DNA from: Dehalococcoidia bacterium
Lineage (GTDB): Bacteria; Chloroflexota; Dehalococcoidia; Lucifugimonadales; UBA3495
Length of the DNA stretch: 64,000 bases
Direction: 5' to 3'
NCBI GenBank assembly: GCA_965208825.1
Contig: CBDBPP010000005.1
Location: 1,038,718-1,102,717, forward strand
Shown here: piece after piece, positions 18,367 to 28,215 of the stretch
How the letters are laid out: each line of letters opens with the position of its first letter
Numbering within the stretch: position 1 is the first letter of the stretch
Notes under the pieces: generated by a model
Database searches by the model: none
The model's input: only the letters and a program-made list of their open reading frames with translations
What the model was told of the DNA's origin: nothing
Translations under genes and position numbers: made by a program

Positions 18367-19950
18367 ATGGACACCGCCCTCACCGTGCTTCCGTGGATTC
18401 TGCCTCCGCTTTTGGGCGCGATCATCGGTTACGTGACCAACCGGATTGCGATCAAGATGCTGTTCCGGCCCCTGACGCCCAAGCGGTTCCTGGGGGTGCG
18501 CGTGCCGTTGACGCCCGGCGTGATCCCCCGCAACCGGTTCGACCTGGCACGCACCATCGCGAGGATGGTGTCGGAGCAACTCCTTTCTCCGCAGGCCCTG
18601 AAGGAGCAGCTGGACACGCCGGAGTTCCGGCAGAACCTCACCTCCTGGATCGGCCAGCGCCGCCGCGCCCTGATGGGGCGGCCCGTAGTGCCGCCGGGCA
18701 ACGGGGGCGGGGCAGAACGAGCGGCGGGGCAGGAGGACGGCGTCCCGCTGGAAGGACTGTTCCAGGATCTGCTGGCGGCGTTCCTCAGCTCGCCGCAGTG
18801 CGCCCGCATGGTCCGCTCGCTGGCGGACAGTGTAACCGACGGCGTGGGCGGAAAGCGGGTATCGGACATCACCAGCCCGGAGCAGCTGACGGACTTCGTG
18901 CACGGCACGGTGCTGCCGGCACTGCGCAACCAGGAGCTGGGCAACACCGCCTCCGAGTTCGTCAGCAACTGGATACGGGACCAGCTGAATCAGAACAAGC
19001 GGCTGAAGGAGTACCTGACCCCGGAGAACCTGGAGGCGGTGCAGGGCCTGATCCGCAACAACCTGCCGACGGCCACCTGGCTGATATTCAACTGGCTGCG
19101 GCAGCCGGACATGTCGCAGAAGCTGACTCAGATCGGCCAGGAATGGGTGGAGGATACGGTCAGGCAGCAGGGGTTGCTGACTCGGGCGATCCTGAGCCTG
19201 AGCGGTAAGAAGGAAGAGGCCATCCGGGACATGCCCAACATCATCGGCCGGCTCGTCGATGAGGCGGAGCGGTCGCTGACCACGCCGGAGATGCAGGACC
19301 TGATCGCCGATGCGGTGGGCATCACCCTGGACCGCATCTCGGGCCGGAGGATCAAGTGGCTGATCGGACGCAACGAGCAGACCATCTACTGGATGGCCGA
19401 CCGGGCCACGCGGGGAGCGGTCACGGCGCTGGCGGAGACGTCGCGGGCCAGCGTGCGGGAGGCGGCGAGCCGGTTCTACGAGAAGAACGCGGGCTCGACG
19501 CTGGGGGAGCTGGCGGAGCGTACCGTGGGCGTCAGGACGGAGGCGGTCTCGGAAATGACCTCCGGCCTGTTACTGAACTACCTGACCGCTCCCGAGACTC
19601 CCGGGCAGATCTGGCGGCTGGCCCGTCAAACGGGCGGGAACGGGGACGGCGGCGGCGAGGGGGTGACGTTGGGGGAGCTGCTGCCGGTGGCCGAGGAGAC
19701 GGGGGAGCGGCTGGACGGGTACATCGCCGAGCAGCTCATCGGCTTCTTGGGGGAGAACATGCCGGAGCTGAGCCGGGTCGTCGATGTCGAATCCCTGATC
19801 GAGAACCGCATCAACTCCTTTGAGGTTCGCGACGTGGAGCAGCTGGTGATGTCCATCTCAGGACGTCATCTCCGCTGGATCAACTGGTTCGGGGCCGGCC
19901 TGGGGGCCATCATCGGACTGATACAGCTGGCGGTGAACCCGCCGCTGTAG
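18367..19950 (+). CDS. DUF445-family membrane-associated protein
   Basis: N-terminus is LLGAIIGYVTNRIAIKMLFRPL and the C-terminus is RHLRWINWFGAGLGAIIGLIQ, a pattern typical of DUF445/YheB-like proteins. Confidence 0.55.
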   Translation: MDTALTVLPWILPPLLGAIIGYVTNRIAIKMLFRPLTPKRFLGVRVPLTPGVIPRNRFDLARTIARMVSEQLLSPQALKEQLDTPEFRQNLTSWIGQRRRALMGRPVVPPGNGGGAERAAGQEDGVPLEGLFQDLLAAFLSSPQCARMVRSLADSVTDGVGGKRVSDITSPEQLTDFVHGTVLPALRNQELGNTASEFVSNWIRDQLNQNKRLKEYLTPENLEAVQGLIRNNLPTATWLIFNWLRQPDMSQKLTQIGQEWVEDTVRQQGLLTRAILSLSGKKEEAIRDMPNIIGRLVDEAERSLTTPEMQDLIADAVGITLDRISGRRIKWLIGRNEQTIYWMADRATRGAVTALAETSRASVREAASRFYEKNAGSTLGELAERTVGVRTEAVSEMTSGLLLNYLTAPETPGQIWRLARQTGGNGDGGGEGVTLGELLPVAEETGERLDGYIAEQLIGFLGENMPELSRVVDVESLIENRINSFEVRDVEQLVMSISGRHLRWINWFGAGLGAIIGLIQLAVNPPL

Positions 19951-19953
19951 CAG

Positions 19954-21726
19954 TCAACGGCGGTCGGACGCCGGACTGGGGTCCGACCGGGCCAGCTCGG
20001 TCGACTGCAGCAGGGCATGGGCCACTAGGAATGCCTCGCCGAGGCGCTCGGGCTGGACGTATTCGAGGCGATCCTGGGGCGAGTGGATGCGGGAGAGGTC
20101 AGTGGCGTAGAGCATGAGTACGGGCACGCCCGCCTCGCGGAAGGGCTGGTGGTCGCTGGAGGCGCCGGGAGGCAGGGAGGACGGTCCGAACTCGATGCCG
20201 AGATTCCCGGCGGCGCGGGCGGCCAGGTTGATGAGCCGCTGGTCCCCTAGGGCGGCGAGCCACGGACCGGTGCCGACGACGTCGAAGTTCAGCATGGCCA
20301 CGGTCCGCGCAAGCTCCCCCGGTGTCAGCGACGCCACGTAGTGCCGGCTGCCGTAAAGTCCCAGTTCCTCCGCTCCGAACAGGACGAACCGGACGGTAAA
20401 GGGCAGGGACTGGCCGGCGAGGGCTTCGGACAGCGACAGCACCGCCGCGATACCGGAAGCGTTGTCGTTGGCGCCCAAGTCGGTGCGGAGGACGGTGTCG
20501 TAGTGAGCGCCAACGATGACCAGGTCGTCGCTGCTGCCCCTGAGTTCGGCGATCACGTTGCGGGACTCCAGGAGTTCCGCCTCTATCTTGACCTCCAAGA
20601 CCACCTCGCCGCCGCTGGCAACCACCTCCTGCAGTAGCCTGCCTTCCTCAGTGGTGACGATCAATGCAGGGATCGGCGAGTCAACCCCGTACAGGACACG
20701 GACGTTGGTGGGCTCTCCCTGCTTGCGGGAGAACAACACGGCGGCGGCACCGGCATTTGCCAGGGCGTCTACCTGGTCCTGCAGCCTTTGCATCACTTGT
20801 GAGACCCCCAGGTCGAGGTCGCCAAAAAGCACATGGACGACCTTTCCTTCAAGTCCGTCCGGGAGTATTTCGGTCGATTCGTTCAGGTCCAGGGCCACCA
20901 GGGTGCCGGATGCCGAAGTGTCGTTGGGCGACGTGGTGAGGGGGAGACCGGTGAGCCGCATGTGCCGGGGTGACTGGACTACAACGGCGGCATTCCGTCC
21001 CCCGCTGCGACTCCAGCGAGCGAAATCAAAATACCGGAATTCGAAGGGCTGGATTTCTGCAGCATAACCCATCTGTTCGAAACGGTCCCTGAGGAGGCCA
21101 GCGGCGCGGAGCTCCCTGACCGTGGCCGACTCCCTTCTGCCCAGTTCGTTGACCAAGGCCTCCACCAAGCGGTACATGCGCTGGGAGGCAGCCTGGAGGT
21201 CGTTGCCGGCACTTGCCGTTGCCGGCAGAGCCTGGGGGGAGGGCGAAGGCGGCGGACCGACGGTGGGCACCGGTTGGGCCGTTGCCGGCGGTACCGACGT
21301 GGGCCGGGCTGTCTGCGGCGGTGAAGGCGATGCCGGCTGAGGAGCAGAGGGCGGCGGCGTGATCGCCGGTACGGGAGATGGAGCGGTGGCTGGAGGCGGG
21401 GACGGCGGCTCTGTGGTGGTTCGGACGCCGGATGCAGGTTTCCTGGCAGCGGAGATATTAGCCGTCAACGTTTGTGATACCGCCGGACTGATGGTGGGGA
21501 CGGGTGAAGAGGTGTCCGGGCGCGATTCCCGTTCCCCTGCCGGGAACGGTGTATGGGCAGGGATGGCCATTGTGGCGGGCGGACTGGCTGGCGCCAACGA
21601 GGGTGCCTTGGCTTCCTGCCCCTGAGAGCAGGCGATGAACACGGGCGACAGCAGGATCGCCGCGAGTGCGGCCAAACAACGGCCGGCCCTTTGGATCGCA
21701 GAGTGCGCGGGTGTTGTGCTGGACAT
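19954..21726 (-). CDS. M28-family aminopeptidase lipoprotein with a long Pro/Ala/Ser/Thr-rich linker and a PA domain
   Basis: The start MSSTTPAHS...LLSPVFIACSQG gives a signal peptide and a lipobox Cys. VGAHYDTV, GANDNASG and FVLFGAEELGLYGSRHY are M28 metal-ligand motifs. The track ORF starts 90 nt further upstream. Confidence 0.7.
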   Translation of the reverse strand: MSSTTPAHSAIQRAGRCLAALAAILLSPVFIACSQGQEAKAPSLAPASPPATMAIPAHTPFPAGERESRPDTSSPVPTISPAVSQTLTANISAARKPASGVRTTTEPPSPPPATAPSPVPAITPPPSAPQPASPSPPQTARPTSVPPATAQPVPTVGPPPSPSPQALPATASAGNDLQAASQRMYRLVEALVNELGRRESATVRELRAAGLLRDRFEQMGYAAEIQPFEFRYFDFARWSRSGGRNAAVVVQSPRHMRLTGLPLTTSPNDTSASGTLVALDLNESTEILPDGLEGKVVHVLFGDLDLGVSQVMQRLQDQVDALANAGAAAVLFSRKQGEPTNVRVLYGVDSPIPALIVTTEEGRLLQEVVASGGEVVLEVKIEAELLESRNVIAELRGSSDDLVIVGAHYDTVLRTDLGANDNASGIAAVLSLSEALAGQSLPFTVRFVLFGAEELGLYGSRHYVASLTPGELARTVAMLNFDVVGTGPWLAALGDQRLINLAARAAGNLGIEFGPSSLPPGASSDHQPFREAGVPVLMLYATDLSRIHSPQDRLEYVQPERLGEAFLVAHALLQSTELARSDPSPASDRR

Positions 21727-21956
21727 GCTGATTACCTGAGTGGAGTGAGACCGGCAGAAACGTGTTCTGGCATCTCCCCGGGCATGACAATTGTAGTACG
21801 TCTCACCCCGGCTCAAGAGGATTCCCGTAGCTGGGCTATACCTTTATTTCATTGACAGAAAGGTGCCCAAAACATAGGATAAGCAAGAGGCCCCGGCACG
21901 TAAGGCCGTGCCGGCAGAGCCATGTTTCCCGACCCTCAGTTGCGGGAGGCTTCCAT

Positions 21957-23348
21957 ATGCCTGACAAAGAACAGATCGCATTGATGGGCCACCTGATGCG
22001 CCGCGCCGGTTTTGGCGCCTCTTATGATGAGCTGGCAGCTCGCGCCGAAAAGGGCTACGAGGCTACCGTGGAGGAACTGGTCCACCCTGAACAGCAGGAA
22101 CCAGTCGACGACGAACTGTTGTACCGCTTCCACCCCGGCTACGAGGGTGCCCTGGGCCCGCCGGTAAACCAGGCGGAGTGGGTCTACCGGATGATCAATA
22201 CCCAACGCCCCCTGGAAGAGAAGATGGCACTCTTCTGGCACCAGTTGTTCGCCACCGGCAACTCCAAGGTGGACAACCCGCCGGAGCTGACCCAGCAGAT
22301 CGCCATGTTCCGTGAGTATGGCCTGGGGAAGTTCCGCGACCTGCTGGTGCAGCTGGCCAAGAATCCGGCCATGATCTTCTGGCTGGACAATAACGGCAAT
22401 CACATGGGAGCGATCAACGAGAACTGGGGCCGGGAGCTGCTGGAACTGTTCTCCATGGGAGTGGGCAACTACTCCGAGGAGGATATCAAGGAAGCCTCGC
22501 GGGCCTTTACCGGATGGACCATCGGCCCGAAGATCCCGCGCAACCCGCTGGGCCGGTTCTACTGGAACTTCGAGTACCGCCCCGAGGACCACGACGACGG
22601 CGAGAAGACCTTCCTGGGGCACACGGGGAATTTCGACGGGCAGGACATCATCGATATCGTGGTGAAACAGCCGGCTACGGCCCGGTTCCTGTCCCGCCAC
22701 CTGTACAATTTCTTCGTGGCCGACGAGCCGCAGGTGCCCAGCTGGAACATCACCCCGCCTAACGACCCGGAGGCGATAGACGCCCTGGTCGACACCTACA
22801 ACCGCACCGACGGGGATGTCCGCGAGATGCTGCGGACGCTGTTCACCTCCGACTTCTTCAAGGCCGCCAGGTTCTCGCGGGTCAAGAGTCCGGCGGAGCT
22901 GGTGATTGGCGCGGCAAAGCTGGCAGGGAACTACCAAGGTCCTCGCCCCGGTTTCAACCAGCTCGCCTTCGAGTGCGCCTACCAGGGCCAGGAGCTGCTG
23001 AACCCGCCCAGCGTGGAGAGCTGGCACACCGGCGCCGAGTGGATCGACGGCGGCGCGCTGGTGCGGCGGGTGAACTTCGCCGCCGGTCTGCTGGGCGACA
23101 CCTCGCTGCCGGGCGTGCAGGCCATCATCGCCAACCTCCGTGAACGCGGGTCGATGACGCCGGGGCAGCTGGTGGAGGCCTGCTTGGAGCAGGCCGGGCC
23201 GGTCGAAGTCAGCGAGGGCACATACTCGGAGCTCATGGAACAGGCCCGGCAGGACGGCGATCTGGACTGGGACAGCGACGACGCCGGGAAACGTGTCGGG
23301 CTGATGCTGGCCCTTATCGCCGCGTCCCGGGACTTCCAGTTCGCATAG
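21957..23348 (+). CDS. DUF1800-domain protein
   Basis: GGGAGG lies 8 nt upstream of ATG 21957. MALFWHQLFATGNSKV...AMIFWLDNNGN...NENWGRELLELFSMGVGNYSEEDIKEASRAFTGW is the DUF1800 signature as I remember it. No signal peptide. Confidence 0.7.
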   Translation: MPDKEQIALMGHLMRRAGFGASYDELAARAEKGYEATVEELVHPEQQEPVDDELLYRFHPGYEGALGPPVNQAEWVYRMINTQRPLEEKMALFWHQLFATGNSKVDNPPELTQQIAMFREYGLGKFRDLLVQLAKNPAMIFWLDNNGNHMGAINENWGRELLELFSMGVGNYSEEDIKEASRAFTGWTIGPKIPRNPLGRFYWNFEYRPEDHDDGEKTFLGHTGNFDGQDIIDIVVKQPATARFLSRHLYNFFVADEPQVPSWNITPPNDPEAIDALVDTYNRTDGDVREMLRTLFTSDFFKAARFSRVKSPAELVIGAAKLAGNYQGPRPGFNQLAFECAYQGQELLNPPSVESWHTGAEWIDGGALVRRVNFAAGLLGDTSLPGVQAIIANLRERGSMTPGQLVEACLEQAGPVEVSEGTYSELMEQARQDGDLDWDSDDAGKRVGLMLALIAASRDFQFA

Positions 23349-23451
23349 ATCGAAAGACTCCCATCTCTCTCAAGAGAGAGGACCAGGGTGAGGGTGAAAA
23401 TTCCTGACCCTCGCTTCCCAATGCGCAAACAGCCAAGGGTGGAGGAGCGTA

Positions 23452-24588
23452 ATGGCTACGACCAAGAAGGACCCGGTGGTGGTTGTGCTGCAGATGACCG
23501 GCGCCAACGACTACCTGAACACCATCATCCCCTACACCAACGGGCACTACCGGGACGCCCGGCCCAAGGTCGGCATACCCGAGGACCAGGTCCTGCCCAT
23601 CGACGGCGAACTGGCCTTCAACCCGCAGATGGGGCCGATCAAGAAACTGTACGATGAGGGCAAAGTTGCCATCATCCACGGCATCGGCTACGAGAACTCT
23701 ATTCGCTCCCACTTCCGCTCGATGGATATCTGGCACACCTGCGAGCCGGACATCGTCGGCACCGAGGGCTGGGCTGGCCGCGTGATACGGGACCTGGACC
23801 CCAACGCCGATAATGTGCTGAAGGGCGTGAACTTTGGGCAGGGACTCCCCCGCGCGCTGTCGTTGCGCGGCGTGCCGGTGACCTCGGTTTCCAGCCTGGA
23901 GTCCTACGGCGTGCTGTCCAGCGTTCCCGGCGTGGCCGCCGAGGCTGAGCGTGAGCAGATCCTGGAGCGCTTCGCCCGGATGTATGCCCCCGCCGTGGGC
24001 ACTGGTGCGGTGATGGACTACCTGGGCCAGACCGGCCGCGACGCGCTGCAGGGCGCCGACATCATCCGGAGTGCGCCCGAGCGCTATTCGTCTAGCGTCG
24101 AGTATGCCGAGACGCCCATCGCCAAGTACCTGCGCGACATCGCCCAGGTGTACCTGGCTGACCTGGGAACGCAAATGTTCTACACCCAGCACGGCAGCTT
24201 CGACAGTCACTTCAACCAGCCTCCGATGCACACCAAGTTGTGGATCGACATGTCCAGCGCCATCGGCGACTTCTTCGACGACCTTAAGGAGCACGACGCT
24301 GGGGACAACCTGATCATGGTGCTGTTCACCGAGTTCGGTCGCCGGGTGAAGGACAACGGCACCGGCACCGACCACGGCGCCGGCGGCGTGGCCTTCGTCA
24401 TCGGCAACCAGGTCAAGGGCGGCATGTACAGCGAGTACCCGTCGCTGGCCCCCCAGGACCTGACGCAGGGGGACCTGGCACCCAACTACGACTTCCGGGG
24501 CTTCTACTCGACGATCATCGACCGCTGGCTGGGTCTGGACCCGGTGCCCATCGTGGGCGGCAAGTACGAGCAGATGGACTTCGTGTAG
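23452..24588 (+). CDS. DUF1501-domain (sulfatase-fold-like) protein
   Basis: Contains VVVLQMTGANDYLNTIIPY and FTEFGRRVKDNGTGTDHGAGG. There is no twin-arginine leader, although one is common in this family. Confidence 0.7.
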   Translation: MATTKKDPVVVVLQMTGANDYLNTIIPYTNGHYRDARPKVGIPEDQVLPIDGELAFNPQMGPIKKLYDEGKVAIIHGIGYENSIRSHFRSMDIWHTCEPDIVGTEGWAGRVIRDLDPNADNVLKGVNFGQGLPRALSLRGVPVTSVSSLESYGVLSSVPGVAAEAEREQILERFARMYAPAVGTGAVMDYLGQTGRDALQGADIIRSAPERYSSSVEYAETPIAKYLRDIAQVYLADLGTQMFYTQHGSFDSHFNQPPMHTKLWIDMSSAIGDFFDDLKEHDAGDNLIMVLFTEFGRRVKDNGTGTDHGAGGVAFVIGNQVKGGMYSEYPSLAPQDLTQGDLAPNYDFRGFYSTIIDRWLGLDPVPIVGGKYEQMDFV

Positions 24589-24602
24589 GCCGAACCGGGG
24601 GA

Positions 24603-24695
24603 TTAAACACAGAGAACACGGAGTATTCAGAGGCCACAGGGAAAACATTGGAGAAAGTCCGTGTTCTCTGTGGTCTCTGTGCGCTCTGTGTTTAA
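24603..24695. repeat. Large imperfect hairpin whose right arm carries a triplicated 9-mer (nnCTCTGTG x3)
   Basis: The left arm TTAAACACAGAGAACACGGA (24603-24622) is complementary to TCCGTGTTCTCTGTG...TTTAA (24658-24695). The right arm has two extra 9-nt copies, gtCTCTGTG and cgCTCTGTG. The loop holds CACAGAG-like half-sites. Confidence 0.5.
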
Positions 24696-24716
24696 TTGAA
24701 AATCAGGGGTGCGATT

Positions 24717-25730
24717 ATGCTGACGACAGTGGCCGCAGGCAGGGTGTTCGATTACAGCTACTGCCTGGGAATGTATGGTATGTCAGGCATGGGGTTCTGG
24801 ACGCCGCAGGACATGGCCCTGGCCCCGGGTTCCAACGGTGCCCCCGGAATCGTCTACGTCATCAGCCGGGGCGCCGAGGAATTGGGGCAGCGCATCAGCC
24901 GGGTCACGCTGGACCATGACTTCTTGGGACAGTTCGGGACATACGGACGGGGCGACGGGCAGTTCGTCTGGCCGCGTTCCATAGCCCTGGACGGCGACAG
25001 CAACGTGTTCGCCACCGACGACTTCCTGAACCGGGTCTCCATCTTCGACCCGGAGGGGACGTTTGTGTCTAGCTGGGGCGAAGCAGGCAGCGGCGAGGGA
25101 CAGCTGAACGGCGCGGCCGGCATCGCCTTCGACGCCAACGGAAGCGTGGTCGTGGTCGACAGCCTGAACCACCGCGTCCAGCGCTTCACTCGCGATGGCG
25201 AATACCTGGGCGGCTTCGGCAGCCACGGCAGCGGCGACGGGCAGTTCGACATGCCTTGGGGGCTCACCATCGACGCCGAGGGCGCAATCTACGTGGCGGA
25301 CTGGCGTAACCGGCGGGTGCAGAAGTTCGACAGCGACGGCAATCTGCTGCAGAAGTTCGAGGCCTCCGCCTCGGGCGTCGGCGCGCTGGAGGGCCCGTCG
25401 GGAGTGGCGGTGGACTCGGAGGGCGACGTCTACGTCACCGACTGGGGGTCGCACCTGCTGCAGGTATACGCCTCCGACGGTCGGTTCATCACGTCGCTGG
25501 TGGGCGACGCGCAACAGCCCTCGCCGTGGACGCAGACCTACATCGACGCCAACCCCGACATCATCAAGGCTCGGCGGCGGGTTGACCTGGAGCCGGAGTG
25601 GCGCTTCCGTCGTCCCGTGGCGGTGAAAGTAGACGACCAGGACCGCATCTACGTGCTGGAGGCGGCCCGCCACCGGATGCAGATCTACGAGAAGGTGCAG
25701 GACTACGAGGAGCACCCGCTGAATCTCTGA
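24717..25730 (+). CDS. NHL-repeat six-bladed beta-propeller protein
   Basis: Repeated units such as GDGQFxxPxGxAxDxxGxxxVxDxxNxRVQxF occur, for example NHRVQRFTRDGEYLGGFGSHGSGDGQFDMPWGLTIDAEGAIYVADWRNRRVQKF. Confidence 0.75.
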   Translation: MLTTVAAGRVFDYSYCLGMYGMSGMGFWTPQDMALAPGSNGAPGIVYVISRGAEELGQRISRVTLDHDFLGQFGTYGRGDGQFVWPRSIALDGDSNVFATDDFLNRVSIFDPEGTFVSSWGEAGSGEGQLNGAAGIAFDANGSVVVVDSLNHRVQRFTRDGEYLGGFGSHGSGDGQFDMPWGLTIDAEGAIYVADWRNRRVQKFDSDGNLLQKFEASASGVGALEGPSGVAVDSEGDVYVTDWGSHLLQVYASDGRFITSLVGDAQQPSPWTQTYIDANPDIIKARRRVDLEPEWRFRRPVAVKVDDQDRIYVLEAARHRMQIYEKVQDYEEHPLNL

Positions 25731-25750
25731 CCCGGTAGCCCTGAATCAGT

Positions 25751-25790
25751 AACAGCAGCGGCGGTGCTTTCGGGCGCCGCCGCTGCTGTT
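25751..25790. terminator. Bidirectional stem-loop between the convergent NHL and sulfite-oxidase-family genes
   Basis: AACAGCAGCGGCGG-12 nt-CCGCCGCTGCTGTT forms a perfect 14-bp stem. Confidence 0.55.
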
Positions 25791-25798
25791 TGCGGGTA

Positions 25799-27046
25799 CT
25801 ACACCACCCGTACCGGATGCGGTAGGGGCTGGTTGAAGAGGTAGCCCTTTTCGTTGAAAGGGACGGTGGAGGGCTGGGTGTTGCCCGCCGAATCGGTGGC
25901 CCGGGTCATGATCACGCCATCACCGGGCGCCGCCTCCCACGTGAACTCGAACCGGGCCCAGGAGTACTGCGTCTGCGGGCCCAGCCGGTCGACATCCGCC
26001 CAGGTGCCGCCCCGGTCAGCGCTCCATTCCACGCGGGCGATGGGGCCGTGGGGGGAGTGAGCATAGCCGTGGAGCCGGTTCCGGCCTGCCGTGAGCCGGG
26101 CCGGCCAGGGCAGCGCCAGTGCGCTCTTGATGGTCTGGGCGTTGGCCACCCGGCCCTCTGCCCTGCCCTCGGGCGGATAGTCGTCGCCGATGAGCACGTA
26201 GGACGTCGTGTTGTTGCGGGTCCAGAGCGGCTCGGAGGAAACCTCGATGCGGCCCAGCCACTTGATGCTGCTGCTGCCCACCCAGCCGGGAACCAGAGCC
26301 CGGACGGGGTAGCCGTGGTCGCGGGGCAGGTCCGCTCCGTTGAGTCCGTAGGCGAGCAGTGTGTCCGGATGCATGGCCTTGTCGGCAGGAATGACGCGGC
26401 GGAACCCGCCCTCCGGAGAACCGGTATCCAGGCCCACCAGCAGCACGCTGGCCGCGCTGTCCCTGATGCCGGCCATGGTCAGGACCTCGCGGAGGGGCGT
26501 GCCGATCCACTCGCCGTTGCTTACACCGCCGGTCCTCCACTGCGTGCCGGAGGCGGCGCGTCCCTGCACCAGGTCGAACATGGCGCGGTGGTTGCCGCCG
26601 CACTCCAGGTAGCACATCAGGACCCGGGCCGGAAGGCTGCGGATTTCGGCGTAGGACAGCTCCAGCGGAGTGTCGACGGCGTCGCCTTCGACAGTGAGGC
26701 GCCAGGAGGCGGCATCGAGGTCCATGCTGGCGGAATTGTTGCGAACGAAGAAAAGGTCGTTGGGTGTGACCAGGCCCTGCATCAGTTCCAGTCGGGCCTC
26801 CCAGCTCTTTTCGTCATGGACGATGAAGGGTGCCGGGTCCTTTAGGATGGAGCGGCCGGCGGGCCCCGTTCCCGCCGCTACGGGGGTGTCGGTGGGGACC
26901 GCCTCCGGGGTCTGCGGCACGCCGCAGGCGGCCAGAACGGCCCCCGCGCCCCCGACGGCCAGAAGCGCGAGGAAGTGGCGGCGGCTCATGCAAGACTTCG
27001 CCACCTGCCACAGCGCCGCCGTTTCTGTCTCCTGCTTGTCCTGCAT
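25799..27046 (-). CDS. Sulfite-oxidase-family molybdopterin oxidoreductase (SorA-like) with a Tat signal and lipobox
   Basis: GGAGAGGG lies upstream of ATG 27046. The leader is ...MSRRHFLALLAVGGAGAVLAACG. The Mo-ligand region is MCYLECGGNHRAMF, and a C-terminal dimerisation domain is present. The track ORF extension to 28210 is antisense to nudC. An alternative start lies at 26989. Confidence 0.8.
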   Translation of the reverse strand: MQDKQETETAALWQVAKSCMSRRHFLALLAVGGAGAVLAACGVPQTPEAVPTDTPVAAGTGPAGRSILKDPAPFIVHDEKSWEARLELMQGLVTPNDLFFVRNNSASMDLDAASWRLTVEGDAVDTPLELSYAEIRSLPARVLMCYLECGGNHRAMFDLVQGRAASGTQWRTGGVSNGEWIGTPLREVLTMAGIRDSAASVLLVGLDTGSPEGGFRRVIPADKAMHPDTLLAYGLNGADLPRDHGYPVRALVPGWVGSSSIKWLGRIEVSSEPLWTRNNTTSYVLIGDDYPPEGRAEGRVANAQTIKSALALPWPARLTAGRNRLHGYAHSPHGPIARVEWSADRGGTWADVDRLGPQTQYSWARFEFTWEAAPGDGVIMTRATDSAGNTQPSTVPFNEKGYLFNQPLPHPVRVV

Positions 27047-27199
27047 GCCAATCCCTCTCCCGGCTTTCCCGTTTTCCGGCACAGCCATTATAGGCCGGGG
27101 CTCGCCGGGCGAGTTCCGTCGGCTCCGGTAGCTGCCGGTGGGCTGATTCGCCTGCCCGTTGTTGTAGAATAGCGCGACGAAACCCGAAGGGATGGGAAC

Positions 27200-28138
27200 A
27201 TGAACGAACGACGTGATCGGATCACCCATGTTTTCGCTGGCAACCCGCTGGACCGCGGCGAGGTGGAGCGGCGGGACGAAGAGTGGATCACAGCCCGGGC
27301 GTCCGACCCGGCCAGCCGGATGCTGCCGATGTGGCAACTGAACGTGCCAGTGTCGGAGGACCACTCCCTGGTCTGGATGAGCCCGGAGGAGATGGGTCGG
27401 CTCAACGTGGATGCCGAGCGCATCTACCTGGGCATGCTGGAGGGCATTGCTCACTTCGTGGTGGACGTGTCGGCCGCCGACCGGGGGGATATCGAGGGGA
27501 ACGGGCTCACCTTCGAGGACGCCCGTAACACTGCGGAATACATGAGCAGCAAGGACTCGGGGATGGTGGCGCAGGCGCGTGCCCAGCTCAGTTGGCACAG
27601 CCGCCACGGCTTCTGCGCCGTCTGCGGGCAGCCGACCTATATCGCCCGGGGCGGCCAGGTGCGCCGTTGCCGTCCCAAAGAGGACGGGGGCTGCGGCACC
27701 GAGCACTATCCACGCACCGACCCCGTGGTGATCACCGTGGTGCACGACGGCGAGCGCTGCCTGCTGGGGCAGTCGCGGGGACGGCTGGTGGCCATGCGGC
27801 GCTACTCGGCCCTGGCCGGGTTCATGGACCAGGGGGAGTCGATCGAGGAGGCGGTGGCCCGCGAGGTGATGGAGGAGGCCGGCATCCAGGTCAGCGCCGT
27901 CCGCTACCACTCGTCGCAGCCGTGGCCCTTTCCGTCGTCGCTGATGATCGGCTGCCATGCCGACGCCGCCACTAATGAAATCCACTTCGACGCCGAGGAG
28001 ATGGCGGACGTTCAGTGGTTCTCTCGGGAGGAGGTGCGGCTGGCCTTGGAAGAGCGCAGCGAGATCCTGGCCGTCCCGGGTCCCACCGCCATCGCCCACC
28101 ACCTGATACGAGCCTGGGCCAACGGCGAGGTGGGCTAA
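27200..28138 (+). CDS. nudC: NAD(+) diphosphatase (NADH pyrophosphatase)
   Basis: The zinc ribbon reads CAVCGQ...CRPKEDGGCG, the Nudix box reads GFMDQGESIEEAVAREVMEEAGI, and the NudC-specific motif reads SQPWPFPSS. Confidence 0.85.
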   Translation: MNERRDRITHVFAGNPLDRGEVERRDEEWITARASDPASRMLPMWQLNVPVSEDHSLVWMSPEEMGRLNVDAERIYLGMLEGIAHFVVDVSAADRGDIEGNGLTFEDARNTAEYMSSKDSGMVAQARAQLSWHSRHGFCAVCGQPTYIARGGQVRRCRPKEDGGCGTEHYPRTDPVVITVVHDGERCLLGQSRGRLVAMRRYSALAGFMDQGESIEEAVAREVMEEAGIQVSAVRYHSSQPWPFPSSLMIGCHADAATNEIHFDAEEMADVQWFSREEVRLALEERSEILAVPGPTAIAHHLIRAWANGEVG

Positions 28139-28215
28139 CAGGAAACAGTGCAATCCCCGAGCATGGAGATGAGGCCCACCTGAACAAGAGCAGACTAAGC
28201 CGGGAGGCAAGCGAT

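Noticed and set aside
27047-28210. The N-terminal extension of track ORF 25799..28210
   Set aside because: A Tat leader with a good SD marks the true start at 27046 (or 26989). The extension is antisense to nudC, which has unmistakable Nudix and SQPWPFPSS motifs.
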